Source: a virus (lineage: Duplodnaviria; Caudoviricetes). Taken from it: a stretch of DNA of 64,000 bases. Each line of letters begins with the position of its first letter. The stretch's first letter is position 1. The stretch is taken from IMG/VR virus record IMGVR_UViG_3300049173_000052, positions 509 to 64,508 of that record; one strand, 5' to 3'. The notes beneath the pieces are model-generated. The model was given only the letters and a program-made list of their open reading frames with translations. It made no database searches and had not been told where the DNA came from. Positions 7,428-16,911 of this stretch are shown here, in pieces. A program made the translations under genes and the position numbers.

Positions 7428-8749
7428 CAGATCGCTCCTGTCGGGGAGTAGCCGCTGATGGGGTCGGCATCGATGGGCTTGTAGGAGATCCACGGCCACT
7501 TCTCGCCCTGCTTGATGAAGTGGGGCCAGTCGCGCTCATCGCGACTGCCGCGCCACGGCACGACCTGTCGGCCGCGGGCGCCTTCCACGTTCTGGGCGGA
7601 CTTCTCGTCCTCGACGGGGCGGAGGCCGAACCCGAACTCGGGCCAGCGCATCCACAGGGAGCTGCCGAGGGGGCGCAGGGAGCGGGGTCCCATGCCGTTG
7701 CCGTGGGGGGCGTGGGCTTCCATGAGGACGGTGCAGCCTGCGGTGGCACGGGCCTCGTCGATGACGACGGAGACCTTGCGGGCGAGTTCTTCGTCGTTGG
7801 GGTTGCCGGCGTGGAGCCGGTAGACGGGGCCGATGATCAGCACGTCGGGCTTGATCTTCTCGACGCGGCGCATGGCCCACGCCCGGTCGGAGGGGCGCGT
7901 CAGGTCGAGGCCCTGGGGGCGGCACTCGATGTGGAACTGGCCGCGGCGCACTGGCTGCTCAATGTGGTCGGCGGCGGCCAGCAGGGGCCGGAACTTGCGG
8001 CGGGAGGCGGCTTCACCGTTTTCGCAGTCGAGGGTCAGGACCCTGACGGGGTCGATGGTCTCCCAGGTGCGGAAGGGGTGGATGCCGGCGGCGAGGGTCA
8101 CAGAGATCTGCCGCAGCAGGGTCGACTTGCCGCCGCCTTCCGAGGCGGTGAGGATCAGCCGGTCCTGCCGCTCAAGCAGGCCGGGCACGACCCAGTCGTA
8201 GGTGTCCTCGTGCTGGACGAAGTCGAGGATGTCCTCGACGGGCAGGTCTTCGGAGGCCATGCCGCGGTCGCGGAGGTCGCGGGTGTCGGCGACGAACTTC
8301 TCGATCAGATCGCTGGTCTCGCCTGCGGTGCTGTAGCCCATCTGCACCATGCGGGTGCCGAGTTCAATGAGGGCCCTGCGCAAGCCGCGGTCTTGGACGA
8401 TCTCGGCGTAGTACGGGCCGTTGGCGGCGGTGGGGACGGCGCGGACGAGTTCGTACAGGTACTGGGCGCCGCCCACTCGGATGAGGTCGCCGGTGTCGGC
8501 GAGGTACTTGCCGAGGGTGATCTGGTCGACGGACAGGCCGGCCTCGTGCATGTGGGCGATGGCGTTGAAGATGAGCTGGTGGCGCGGCTGGTAGAAGGCG
8601 GCGGAGTCGACGAGGTCGAGGACGTCGGCGCGGGCCGGGGTAGAGAGCAGGCAGGCGCCGAGGGCGGACTGCTCGGCGTCGAAGTCCTGCGGCGGGACCC
8701 GTTCGAGCGGGATGTCGCCGTAGGTGTCGGGCTCGTGGGCGGTGGTCAC
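7424..8749 (-). CDS. Replicative helicase: DnaB N-terminal domain + RecA-like AAA (RepA/AAA_25-type) motor
   Basis: PPQDFDAEQSALGACLL...FYQPRHQLIF (DnaB-N); Walker A ASEGGGKST. Confidence 0.85.
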   Translation of the reverse strand: MTTAHEPDTYGDIPLERVPPQDFDAEQSALGACLLSTPARADVLDLVDSAAFYQPRHQLIFNAIAHMHEAGLSVDQITLGKYLADTGDLIRVGGAQYLYELVRAVPTAANGPYYAEIVQDRGLRRALIELGTRMVQMGYSTAGETSDLIEKFVADTRDLRDRGMASEDLPVEDILDFVQHEDTYDWVVPGLLERQDRLILTASEGGGKSTLLRQISVTLAAGIHPFRTWETIDPVRVLTLDCENGEAASRRKFRPLLAAADHIEQPVRRGQFHIECRPQGLDLTRPSDRAWAMRRVEKIKPDVLIIGPVYRLHAGNPNDEELARKVSVVIDEARATAGCTVLMEAHAPHGNGMGPRSLRPLGSSLWMRWPEFGFGLRPVEDEKSAQNVEGARGRQVVPWRGSRDERDWPHFIKQGEKWPWISYKPIDADPISGYSPTGAIW

Positions 8750-9580
8750 TTAGAAGATTCCCCTGTCTTCAGGGCTCTGGCCGACGGCGCGCAGGTGCGG
8801 TCGGGGCGTGTGGATGGGGCTGCCGGCGGCGGGCTTGGGAGGCAGTTCGCTCCAGCCGCGCATGAAGTAGCGGGCGGAGTCGACGTGGGTGCGGTCGGCG
8901 GTGCGCCGGGCGTATGCGACGAGGGCGGGGACGCCGCACTTGTTGATCAGTGCGATGAGGGGGAACCACTGGTTCCCGGTGAAGGGCCATCGGACGACGA
9001 CTCCGCTGGCGGTCATGCTGTCGACGAGCGGGCGGACGACGTCGGGGATGCCGTAGTCGTCCTGCTGCTGCCCTTCGGGCTCCCCGTCGTGCTTGCTGGG
9101 AGTAGTTGGGGAGTGTGGGTCGGAATCTGAACCACTACGGGTGTCTCGCGGTTCGGAATCTGAACCGCTAGGCCCGTCGCGGTCAGCACCCAGCGGTTCG
9201 GAATCTGAACCGCTACGAGGCCCTAGTGGTTCGGAATCTGAACCACTACGAGGAGCCGCCCTGCCCCGTAGCGGTTCAGAATCTGAACCGCTAGTCATGC
9301 TCGGGCGGACGTACCCAACCGCTTTCGGCAACGAGTAGAGCGACGCTCGGCGGCCCTTGCCCTGCTCCAGGACGCTCAGCTCACCCGACTCCAGTGCAGC
9401 CCTGATCGACTCCCTGACGGTGGGCCGGCCAGTGTTCATGGCCGCCATGAACTCGGCGTAGCTGAGCCGCACCTCACACGCGGAGGTGCGCACCTGGTCG
9501 GCTACGAAGAGCAGCGCGATCCGTGCGTTCCCCTTCGACTGGGAGTGGTTCCACACCCAGTGCATGGCGTCCAAGGTCAC
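8750..9580 (-). CDS. Phage replication initiator (lambda O-like organisation)
   Basis: N-terminal HTH-like region, internal SGSDSEP repeats encoded by iterons, directly upstream of the helicase. Confidence 0.8.
   Translation of the reverse strand: MTLDAMHWVWNHSQSKGNARIALLFVADQVRTSACEVRLSYAEFMAAMNTGRPTVRESIRAALESGELSVLEQGKGRRASLYSLPKAVGYVRPSMTSGSDSEPLRGRAAPRSGSDSEPLGPRSGSDSEPLGADRDGPSGSDSEPRDTRSGSDSDPHSPTTPSKHDGEPEGQQQDDYGIPDVVRPLVDSMTASGVVVRWPFTGNQWFPLIALINKCGVPALVAYARRTADRTHVDSARYFMRGWSELPPKPAAGSPIHTPRPHLRAVGQSPEDRGIF
9113..9293. repeat. Five 25-bp palindromic iterons (replication origin)
   Basis: Consensus TAGCGGTTCRGA-A-TCTGAACCGCTA at 9113, 9146, 9191, 9224, 9269; spacing 33/45/33/45. 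Confidence 0.85.
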
Positions 9581-9660
9581 GGCTTTGTCCTTCGGCTGGT
9601 TGTGGCTGTATCTCTGATGGTCCGCACCGCACTGACACGGAGCCGGATGCTCCGCTTCGT

Positions 9661-11475
9661 TCAGGCAGCGGTCGCCAGCTGCGGCTCAGGTCCGGTGTGC
9701 CGGTCGAGCTCCTCGCCGGTGATGACCTCGACGAGCGCGGCAACGATGACCTCGGCACAGTTCGGCGTGACGGCGTTGCCGTACTGACGGACCCGCTCCC
9801 GCTTCGAGCCGAGGACGATGTAGGCGTCCGCGAAGCTCATGGCCCGGCCGATCTCGTGGGGTTCGAGCATCCGGAAGAGGACGTCCTCGATGTCGACGTC
9901 GCCGTGGACGAGGGCGTACCGGTCGCGGGTGGAGAGCGTGCCGATTGGCTCGCGGACCGTCTTCGCGGTGCCGTTCCCGTAGTAGGGGACGAGGAGGTGC
10001 TCCCAGGTGACGAGCGACTGGTGGCCGGCCGTCGTCATGGTGCGGAAGTACTCCTCAACTGATGTGCAGTGCTCGCCGCCGTTGCCCTGGCTGCCGTTGT
10101 TGCGCATCACGAACGCGGGCAGGTTCGGGGTGACGAGGCCGTGGTGGTTGCCGTTCGCGGACACGGTGCCGACGGGCTCGCCGATGGAGCGTCCGCGCAG
10201 CTGGTCGCCGCCGCCGCGCATGGTGACCATGAACGGGAGCCAGGCGAGGCCGGTCTCGTTCCGCGCGGTCTGGGTTCGCAGTGGGTCGTTGGCCGATCGC
10301 GGGTCTTTGCCGTCGCGGCCTTCGACGGGGATGAGGAGCGGCGGGATCGCGAGCCCGTCGTTCTCCCGGGTGGTGCGGCAGGCCATGGGGTCCAGCACGC
10401 TGGACGGGTCGTTGCGCCAGGTGCCTCCGGCCGGGACCATGAACGGCTCGTAGGCCATGGCCTTGGTCGCTGTCGTGGTCTGGGTCGTCAAGGGCGCGTC
10501 GACGGGCCAGGTGCGTACACCGGGGCGCCTCTCGAAGGTGTTACCCGCGGCCTCCAGGGTGATCGGCCGGGCGAACTTGTCGAGGCCGGCCTGGATCCGG
10601 GCGAGGGTCTTGTCAGCCAGGGGCTTGGCCCGGTCGCCGATGCGCTGGCCCGGGATGGTCCAGTCGATCGCGACGGCGGCGGGCAGGGTCTCCGGCTCGA
10701 CGACCTGGTTGCGGCAGGTGGTGTTCGGGCAGCGGTACACGTACTGCTGCCGGTAGCGGCCCATGTCGCGGCCGGGCTGCTTGAACCGCTGCACGGCCTG
10801 CACCCACGTGTCGCAGCCAGTGCACCAGGCGCGCGGCCTCAGCCACTTGTCCCAGTCGGGAGTGCGGTCCAGGGTCTCGTGCCAGTAGGCGACATACAGG
10901 CGGTCACGGGACTGCGGGGCCTTGTGCACAGTGCGCGGGTCGGCGTGCATGCTGTTGAGGGCGATGACGCGGGTCTTGTAGCCGAGCTTGCGGATCTCGC
11001 CGATCCACCGGTCCCACTGGTCCCAGGCACGGACGTCGACGACGTTCTCGACCACGCCGGCCTTGACCAGGCCACCCCGCTCCTGCACGCCGCGCAGGTA
11101 CATGGGGACCTCTTCCATGAGGGCGCGCGACCGCTCGACCTCCTCCGACGGGCCGAACCCGTCGAAGAGGTCGCCTTGGAGGGAGGCGTCGAAGTCGCGC
11201 TTCTTGCCGCGGGCGTTGGACCACTGCGGGCACTCGGGGCTGGCCCAGAAGATGTCGGTGACCGGCCACTTGTCGACCGGGGCCTCGCGGATGTCGCCGC
11301 GGTAGTGGTCCACGGTCGGGAAGTTCGCGGCGTGCGACTCGATCGCCCGCTCCCAGTGGTTGGCCGCCCGCTCCATCCGGACCCCGGGGATGGAGTGCAT
11401 GCCCTGGGAGGAGCCTCCGGCGCCGCAGAACCAGTCCATGACCGTCAGCGCGTCGTTGTCGTGGCGGTACATCAT
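9661..11475 (-). CDS. DNA cytosine-5 methyltransferase (orphan)
   Basis: Motif I DWFCGAGG, catalytic SPEC, ENV, RxR (QSRDRLY), C-terminal GNAV. Confidence 0.92.
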   Translation of the reverse strand: MMYRHDNDALTVMDWFCGAGGSSQGMHSIPGVRMERAANHWERAIESHAANFPTVDHYRGDIREAPVDKWPVTDIFWASPECPQWSNARGKKRDFDASLQGDLFDGFGPSEEVERSRALMEEVPMYLRGVQERGGLVKAGVVENVVDVRAWDQWDRWIGEIRKLGYKTRVIALNSMHADPRTVHKAPQSRDRLYVAYWHETLDRTPDWDKWLRPRAWCTGCDTWVQAVQRFKQPGRDMGRYRQQYVYRCPNTTCRNQVVEPETLPAAVAIDWTIPGQRIGDRAKPLADKTLARIQAGLDKFARPITLEAAGNTFERRPGVRTWPVDAPLTTQTTTATKAMAYEPFMVPAGGTWRNDPSSVLDPMACRTTRENDGLAIPPLLIPVEGRDGKDPRSANDPLRTQTARNETGLAWLPFMVTMRGGGDQLRGRSIGEPVGTVSANGNHHGLVTPNLPAFVMRNNGSQGNGGEHCTSVEEYFRTMTTAGHQSLVTWEHLLVPYYGNGTAKTVREPIGTLSTRDRYALVHGDVDIEDVLFRMLEPHEIGRAMSFADAYIVLGSKRERVRQYGNAVTPNCAEVIVAALVEVITGEELDRHTGPEPQLATAA

Positions 11476-12326
11476 GCGGCGAGCTCCGTTTCAGGTCGCT
11501 GAGAGAGGGCGCGCTCGAGGTGGGCCTTCGTGATGCCGAGCCGGTGTGCGGCCTGGGCGCGGGTGTAGTCCTGGGTGCTGATCAGCCAGCGCGCGTCTTC
11601 GGCGATCGCGGTGTACCGGTCGACCTCGTCGCCGAGATCGGGCGTGGCGGCGGGGCTGTCGATGTAGTCGTCGTCCCAAGCGGCGGGCGGCACCCAGCCG
11701 TTGACGGCGGCGATCTTCTTGGCCTGCTCGATGTAGCGGTGCGGGACGCCCCGGGTGGCGGGGTCGACGTTCCACAGCTGCTCGTACAGGTTGCGGACCT
11801 TGCGGGCGGTGTCCGCAGACACGGTGTCCTTGCGGATCTGGTCCCAGATGAGCCGGTGGTGCTTGATGCCGAGTTCGCGGCCGAGGCGCATCTGCGGCCA
11901 GCCGGTGGCGACGAGGGCCTGGAGCCGGCGGCGGGTGCCGGTGCCGTCAACGCGGGCGCCCGGCGCGAGGTGCTCGAGGGACGGCTTGATAGCGAGGATC
12001 TTGTCGGCGGTGGTGGTGCGGACTCGCTTTGTAGGTCCGCTGCCTTCGTGGGGGGCGCCGTACAGGATGCGGGAGACTCCGCCGTTGGCGACGCCGGCCA
12101 GGCGGCACAGGCGCTGCCAGCCGATGCCGTAGGTGGAGAGCATCCGGATGTGCTGGCGTACCGGTTCGGCGTCGATGAGGGGCTTCCAGCGGCCGTAGGC
12201 GACAAGCCGGTTGCGGGTGCGGTCGTAGTCGGCGGAGCGGGCGAGGCAGGCGGGCCGCCGACAGCGGTACTGCTTCACGCAGGTGAGGTTGCGGTGGTGG
12301 GGGGCTTCGCGGACGGCGGTGGTCAT
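11472..12326 (-). CDS. Conserved actinophage protein with N-terminal Cys motif and HTH regions
   Basis: CVKQYRCRRPAC; GTRRRLQALVATGWP; C-terminal RAQAAHRLGIT HTH. Confidence 0.7.
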   Translation of the reverse strand: MTTAVREAPHHRNLTCVKQYRCRRPACLARSADYDRTRNRLVAYGRWKPLIDAEPVRQHIRMLSTYGIGWQRLCRLAGVANGGVSRILYGAPHEGSGPTKRVRTTTADKILAIKPSLEHLAPGARVDGTGTRRRLQALVATGWPQMRLGRELGIKHHRLIWDQIRKDTVSADTARKVRNLYEQLWNVDPATRGVPHRYIEQAKKIAAVNGWVPPAAWDDDYIDSPAATPDLGDEVDRYTAIAEDARWLISTQDYTRAQAAHRLGITKAHLERALSQRPETELAA

Positions 12327-12529
12327 GGCTGCGGGTTCTCCTCTCGGGGGTCGGTGTGCAGGCGGTGGGCGCCGGGGTGGTTGGCGTACTTCTCGAGGCG
12401 GCGGATGCCGCTGCGGGTGCGGTGCTCGCCGCCGCGGACGGCGTGACGGATGGCCCAGGCGGCGGAGATGGTCATGACGGCGCCGAGGATGAGCGCGGGC
12501 GCGGCGGTGATGAGGCGCTCCGGGTCCAT
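12323..12529 (-). CDS. Small membrane protein
   Basis: One TM segment; overlaps neighbours at start and stop. Confidence 0.6.
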   Translation of the reverse strand: MDPERLITAAPALILGAVMTISAAWAIRHAVRGGEHRTRSGIRRLEKYANHPGAHRLHTDPREENPQP

Positions 12530-12897
12530 CACGCAGCCTTCCGGGTGCGTGCGGCGCGGCGGCGGGCGGCGATCAGTCGGCCCTTCGGCGTGAGCGTCCA
12601 CACGGCTATCGGGTGTCCGTGGGTGGCGGCGCTGGTGGAGGGCACGTACTGGCCGGTGTGGGCGATGATCCCGGCGGTGCGCAGCGAGTTGATGGCGGCG
12701 CCGAGGAAGCCGCTGCCCAGCTCGGGGAGCTGCTCGCGGATCTGGTTGCAGCTGAAGGTGATGTAGCGCTCCCCGAAGTGGAGGACGGCCTGCTCGACGA
12801 GGAACCGGTCCCATTCGGAGTGGCGGGCGATGTCGTCGAGGAGGGCGTCCTTCTCGGTGGACGCGAGCCGCTCGGCGACAGACAAACGCTTCGTCAT
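12529..12897 (-). CDS. Hypothetical protein (winged-helix-like)
   Basis: 122 aa, GC3 bias. Confidence 0.6.
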   Translation of the reverse strand: MTKRLSVAERLASTEKDALLDDIARHSEWDRFLVEQAVLHFGERYITFSCNQIREQLPELGSGFLGAAINSLRTAGIIAHTGQYVPSTSAATHGHPIAVWTLTPKGRLIAARRRAARTRKAA

Positions 12898-12961
12898 CTG
12901 GTGTCCTTGGGGTAGCGGGGCTGGCCGCGATTCGGGCGCGGCCAGCGCCCCGGCGGTTGGG

Positions 12962-13783
12962 TCAGTCGACGAGCTCGCCCTCGATGGGGCCCTCGTCGTA
13001 GTCGGGGTCGACCGTTCCGGGTGCGGGCGTCGGGATTCCGATCGGCAGGGGCTCGGGCCGCTGCTCGCTGTCGACGACGGCCTTGGCGCGGATCTGCTCG
13101 CGCATGTACTCGGCAGAGGTCGGCACCCACTTGGCGAGGCGGTGCGCGGCGGTCTTCAACCACATGGCCTCGGTGTCGGTCTTCCAGGGCGACCAGGACT
13201 GGTCGGCGCTGTCGGACTTCGCCATGGCCTTGGCGATGTGGCCCTTGTTGAGGACGACGACCTTGCTGGTGGCGCCGTCCTTCATGACGGCGTAGGCGTA
13301 GGCGAGGCGCAGCTCGCCGCGGTCTTCGAGGTCCCAGTCGATGTCGTGGACGGGGCGCTCGTCACGGCCGGGCCGGAACTGGAACTGGTCCTTGCTGTAA
13401 ACGACTTCGACGATGACGGAGGAGACGGCGCCGGCCCGGTACATGAGCTCGATCTCGCCCTGGTAGCCGCGCACGCCGGTGACTTCGGTGGCCCGCTTCT
13501 TCTTGTTCCAGCGCGGCACGAGGTAGTACTGCTCAGTGCCCGGCTCCAGGCCGAGGCGGCCAGCGTCCATGAGGACGGCGATGAACTGGCCGACGTCGTT
13601 CTGGGCGGCCTCCATCAGCTTCGGGTCGCGGCGCAGGAGGCCCTGGGTGTTGCGGATCCAGGCGCCGACGCGCTGCTGGAGGTGGCTGGGCATGACGAGT
13701 TCGAGGTCGCTGCGGTACTGCTCGACGACGGCGGCCGGCCCCTGGTCGCGCTTCTCGATCGCGTTGCCGATCTGGTTGCTCAT
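12962..13783 (-). CDS. recT: RecT family ssDNA-annealing recombinase
   Basis: LGLEP...YYLVP...RGYQGEIELMYRAG; W...EAMWLKT. Confidence 0.92.
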   Translation of the reverse strand: MSNQIGNAIEKRDQGPAAVVEQYRSDLELVMPSHLQQRVGAWIRNTQGLLRRDPKLMEAAQNDVGQFIAVLMDAGRLGLEPGTEQYYLVPRWNKKKRATEVTGVRGYQGEIELMYRAGAVSSVIVEVVYSKDQFQFRPGRDERPVHDIDWDLEDRGELRLAYAYAVMKDGATSKVVVLNKGHIAKAMAKSDSADQSWSPWKTDTEAMWLKTAAHRLAKWVPTSAEYMREQIRAKAVVDSEQRPEPLPIGIPTPAPGTVDPDYDEGPIEGELVD

Positions 13784-14673
13784 GCTGCGTCCTTGCTGCT
13801 GGTGTAGGGGTGGAGGCTGTGGGTGTGGCCGTCGCGGACGGTGCGGTAGGCGATGCGGCGGCCTTCGCAGACGGCGCGCTTGCCGTTGCCGATGGCGTCG
13901 AGGACTTCGCCGCGGACCTGGGTGAGGTCGGCGGAGGCGGCGGCCAGCGCGCTGTAGGCGCTGTCCCAGCGGGCGACGAGCTCGGCGGGGATCTCGACAT
14001 CGCGGTCCTCGAGCCCGTCCGGCTGGACGCGGATGGTGCGGTAGGTGTCGGCCGCCCCGTCGATCGGCGGCCGGTTGCCGCGCCGGACGTCGTCGAGGAA
14101 CCTCTCGGCCGCGTCCCGCAGGATCTGCGCCTCGGCCTCGTCGTACTCGACGATGTACTCGCGGTAGTCGTAGGGCAGGATCAGGACGGCCAGTCGAGCC
14201 GGTCGGCGAAGCCCCAGCGTGTCCTGCTGCCAGAGAACCTGGCAGCGGTAGTGCACCGGGAACTCGTCGCTACCGTCCGGCCCCCAGCCGTCAGGGGAGG
14301 CGGCGGTCTTGATCTCGACGATGCTGTCGCCGTGCAGCCGGTCCGGGGTGGCGCGCTGCCACTCCCGCTCCCGGTGCTTCCAGGTGCCGGTGTGCAGCAG
14401 CGGGTGCTCGGGGTGGCGCTCGGCGAATTCCTCGGCCACGTCGTCCTCGAAGCGGACGCCCCACTTCATCTCCGGTGACGGCTCGAACGGCGCGGACGGC
14501 AGGCCGGCCTTCTTGTGCCAGAGCGTGAAGCGTGACGTCCAGGGCGACAGTCCAACCACGGCTGCGATCTCAGTGGCCGTGATGCACAGGCCCTTGCGGG
14601 CCGCGTTCCACTCCGGCGTGCCGGGGGTGAAGGAACCGAGCAGAACGCCCTCGGGGGCGGTCGCGGTGGCCAT
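13780..14673 (-). CDS. YqaJ/lambda-exonuclease family 5'-3' exonuclease
   Basis: ITATEIAAVVGLSPW, ATPD, EIKT, YRCQVLWQQ; coupled to recT. Confidence 0.9.
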   Translation of the reverse strand: MATATAPEGVLLGSFTPGTPEWNAARKGLCITATEIAAVVGLSPWTSRFTLWHKKAGLPSAPFEPSPEMKWGVRFEDDVAEEFAERHPEHPLLHTGTWKHREREWQRATPDRLHGDSIVEIKTAASPDGWGPDGSDEFPVHYRCQVLWQQDTLGLRRPARLAVLILPYDYREYIVEYDEAEAQILRDAAERFLDDVRRGNRPPIDGAADTYRTIRVQPDGLEDRDVEIPAELVARWDSAYSALAAASADLTQVRGEVLDAIGNGKRAVCEGRRIAYRTVRDGHTHSLHPYTSSKDAA

Positions 14674-14951
14674 CAGAACGGCACGTTCGGGTTGGAGTCC
14701 ACGGCCACGGTCTCGCCCCGGGCGAGGCGCTGGAGGGTGGCGATGCCTTCCTCGTCGTACTTGGCGAGGAGGACGGCGCGCCCGTACTCGGGGAACGCGG
14801 CGAGGAGCTTGGCCCGGTTGATCATGTCGGCGCGGTCGATGAGGGTGATGAGGGACTCGGCCCAGTCGCCGGCCGGGTAGCCGCCGCGGCCGAAGTGCGA
14901 CAGGACGTGCGCGGCGACCTCGGCCGGAATTGTGGTGGTTTCGGTGCTCAT
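14673..14951 (-). CDS. Hypothetical protein
   Basis: 92 aa, GC3 bias, AGGAG RBS. Confidence 0.65.
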   Translation of the reverse strand: MSTETTTIPAEVAAHVLSHFGRGGYPAGDWAESLITLIDRADMINRAKLLAAFPEYGRAVLLAKYDEEGIATLQRLARGETVAVDSNPNVPF

Positions 14952-14980
14952 GTGACGCTCCTGAGGGTGTGCTGATTGGC

Positions 14981-15022
14981 GGGCAGCCGCCCCTGACCGG
15001 GGGGTGGGCGGGGCGGCTGCCC
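14981..15022. terminator. Intergenic hairpin (terminator/attenuator)
   Basis: GGGCAGCCGCCC / GGGCGGCTGCCC perfect 12-bp stem. Confidence 0.55.
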
Positions 15023-15086
15023 TGGGGTGGCGGCGCGGAGTGGGGGGCTCGACGCGTCGCCGGCTATGTGGCTGTGGGTCAGGCGG

Positions 15087-15512
15087 TCAGCCGAAGAAGC
15101 CGTTAGGGAACGGGCAGTCGTAGCTGTCGACGTTGGTGGGCTCGACGCGAGCCAGGTGGCGGCCGTGGCTGGCCTGCGGGTAGAAGCCGTTGGCGCGGCC
15201 CTGCTCGTGGTGGTCGGCGCAGCAGGCGAAGAACGCCCACCCGTCGCGGTCGACGACGGCGTGCAGGCCGCCCGTGCCGGACACGATCGCGCCGACCGGG
15301 TGCGGGTAGTCGTCGATCCGGACCTTCTCGGGGATGAAGCCGGTGGCGGCGCAGTACAGCGCGTTGTGGTCGGCGCCGGCGTCGAGGGCGGACTGACGCG
15401 CCTTGGCGAGGTCCTCGTCGCTGGCAGTCCCGGCCGCGCGGGCCTTGGCCACGCGCTCGTAGTCGTGCAGGGCGGTGACGCGGCGCTGCTGGGTCTCGTA
15501 GGTCTCGGTCAC
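15087..15512 (-). CDS. Hypothetical protein
   Basis: 141 aa, GGAGG RBS. Confidence 0.65.
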   Translation of the reverse strand: MTETYETQQRRVTALHDYERVAKARAAGTASDEDLAKARQSALDAGADHNALYCAATGFIPEKVRIDDYPHPVGAIVSGTGGLHAVVDRDGWAFFACCADHHEQGRANGFYPQASHGRHLARVEPTNVDSYDCPFPNGFFG

Positions 15513-15622
15513 TGGGGTCCTCCGTGGGATGCTGGTGTCGGATCCCCGGGCGTCTCTAGCGCTCGGGGGTTTGTGCGTTGTGCGTCACTCCGCCAGCCCG
15601 GTGGTCATCCGGCGGGCGGCGG

Positions 15623-16054
15623 TCAGTGGGTGCGGCCCGGGTCGGTGACGGGCCGGATGCCGACGGCGTCCCAGAGCGGCCGGACGTCGATGGGCCCGGT
15701 GGCCTGGTCCTCAGGGCCGTCGATCGGGCGGATCATGGGCGGCACGTCGATCCGGTGCGCGTTCGCCTCCGCGGCGAGGTGCGGGCCGAACCGGGCCTTC
15801 AACGCGAGGGCTTCGTCCCGCCAGTAGTCGCGCTCGGTGGTGAGCTCGTCGACGGTGGCCTGCTGCTGGACGACGATCTCTTCAGCTTCGGCCTGCATCC
15901 CGCGGGCCTCGGCGAGGTCCTGCTGCAGCAGCGCGATCTCGTCTCCGGCGGCGTGCATCTGGCTGAGCGCGAGGCTCAGGTCGCGGCGCAGTTCGGCGAT
16001 CTTGTCGATGGCGCGGCGCCGGCCGGTGCCCTTGGGAAGCAGGTTGAGGGCCAT
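15623..16054 (-). CDS. Hypothetical coiled-coil protein
   Basis: 143 aa heptad-rich. Confidence 0.65.
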   Translation of the reverse strand: MALNLLPKGTGRRRAIDKIAELRRDLSLALSQMHAAGDEIALLQQDLAEARGMQAEAEEIVVQQQATVDELTTERDYWRDEALALKARFGPHLAAEANAHRIDVPPMIRPIDGPEDQATGPIDVRPLWDAVGIRPVTDPGRTH

Positions 16055-16245
16055 TACCTCTCCAGTCCGGTGCGGTCGATGTAGCCGGCGGCTTCCGAGT
16101 CGCGGAAGCTGGCGGCGGTGCGGAGTTCGAACCCCTGCTCCCGCTCGAAGGCGACCTCGGCGGCGAGTTCGGCTTCGCGGGCGGTGAGCTGGTCGATGGC
16201 GGCCTGGACCTCGGTGTCGGCGCCGGGCTCGGCTGGGGCGGTCAC
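16054..16245 (-). CDS. Hypothetical protein
   Basis: 63 aa, GTGA coupling. Confidence 0.55.
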   Translation of the reverse strand: MTAPAEPGADTEVQAAIDQLTAREAELAAEVAFEREQGFELRTAASFRDSEAAGYIDRTGLER

Positions 16246-16484
16246 GAGGCCTCCAGGACTTGCCGGTACATGGCGGCGGTGGTCGGCCGGGAGACGGGGA
16301 TGAGGGGGCCGTGCATGGCGTACACGTCGGGCAGCTGGACGGGTGCCGAGTCGCTCGGCGATGCCTGCACCAGTGGCTCGCCCGTCTCGGTGCGGGCGCC
16401 GGTCCAGCGCCATTCGACGCCAGTGACGTCGAGGTGCGGGACGCCCAGGTCGAAGGTGATCCCGTCGTGCAGGTACGTGCTCAT
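16242..16484 (-). CDS. Conserved Streptomyces phage protein (phiSA1p31-like)
   Basis: DVTGVEWRWTG...GEPL...LPDVYAMHGPL pattern. Confidence 0.6.
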   Translation of the reverse strand: MSTYLHDGITFDLGVPHLDVTGVEWRWTGARTETGEPLVQASPSDSAPVQLPDVYAMHGPLIPVSRPTTAAMYRQVLEAS

Positions 16485-16684
16485 GAGGCCGTCTCCTGTT
16501 CGTGGGTGCGCAGCCATTGGCGGCGGTGGTTGTAGCGGACGTGGACCTGCTCGATGCGGTCGACGTATTCGGCGGGCGTCCAGGGGCGGGCGCCTCGGGC
16601 GCGGCGGGCGAACTCGGTCTCGACCTGGGCGAGGGCGTCCTGCTCCAAGTCGGCCAGCGGGCGGGGCTCGACGGCGGCGGTCAC
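16481..16684 (-). CDS. Hypothetical protein
   Basis: 67 aa, coupled both sides. Confidence 0.6.
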   Translation of the reverse strand: MTAAVEPRPLADLEQDALAQVETEFARRARGARPWTPAEYVDRIEQVHVRYNHRRQWLRTHEQETAS

Positions 16685-16911
16685 GACGCGGCCTCCTCGG
16701 CGTGGTCGGTCGTGCGGGTGGCGAGGCGGCGGATGTCGTTGGCGGCGCCGCGCATGACGCGGGCTCGGTAGTTCTGGTCGGGCTCGGCGGCGGCGCGCTG
16801 GTCGAACCAGTCGGCGGCCTCGTTCAGCGCCGCCGTGCGGGCCTCGGCCAGTGCTGCCTTGAGGCGCTCGACCTCGGCCAGCAGGGCGTCATGGGTGGGC
16901 TTGTCGCTCAC
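16681..16911 (-). CDS. Hypothetical protein
   Basis: 76 aa, coupled both sides. Confidence 0.6.
   Translation of the reverse strand: MSDKPTHDALLAEVERLKAALAEARTAALNEAADWFDQRAAAEPDQNYRARVMRGAANDIRRLATRTTDHAEEAAS

Noticed and set aside
9113-9293. Regularly spaced palindromic repeats as a CRISPR array
   Set aside because: Gaps are only 8 and 20 nt, the repeats are in frame inside the initiator gene, and no cas genes are present; they fit iterons.
14981-15622. Intergenic hairpins in the early operon (14981-15022, ~15546-15570, ~15592-15621) as ncRNAs
   Set aside because: Consistent with ordinary terminators or attenuators; no further support.
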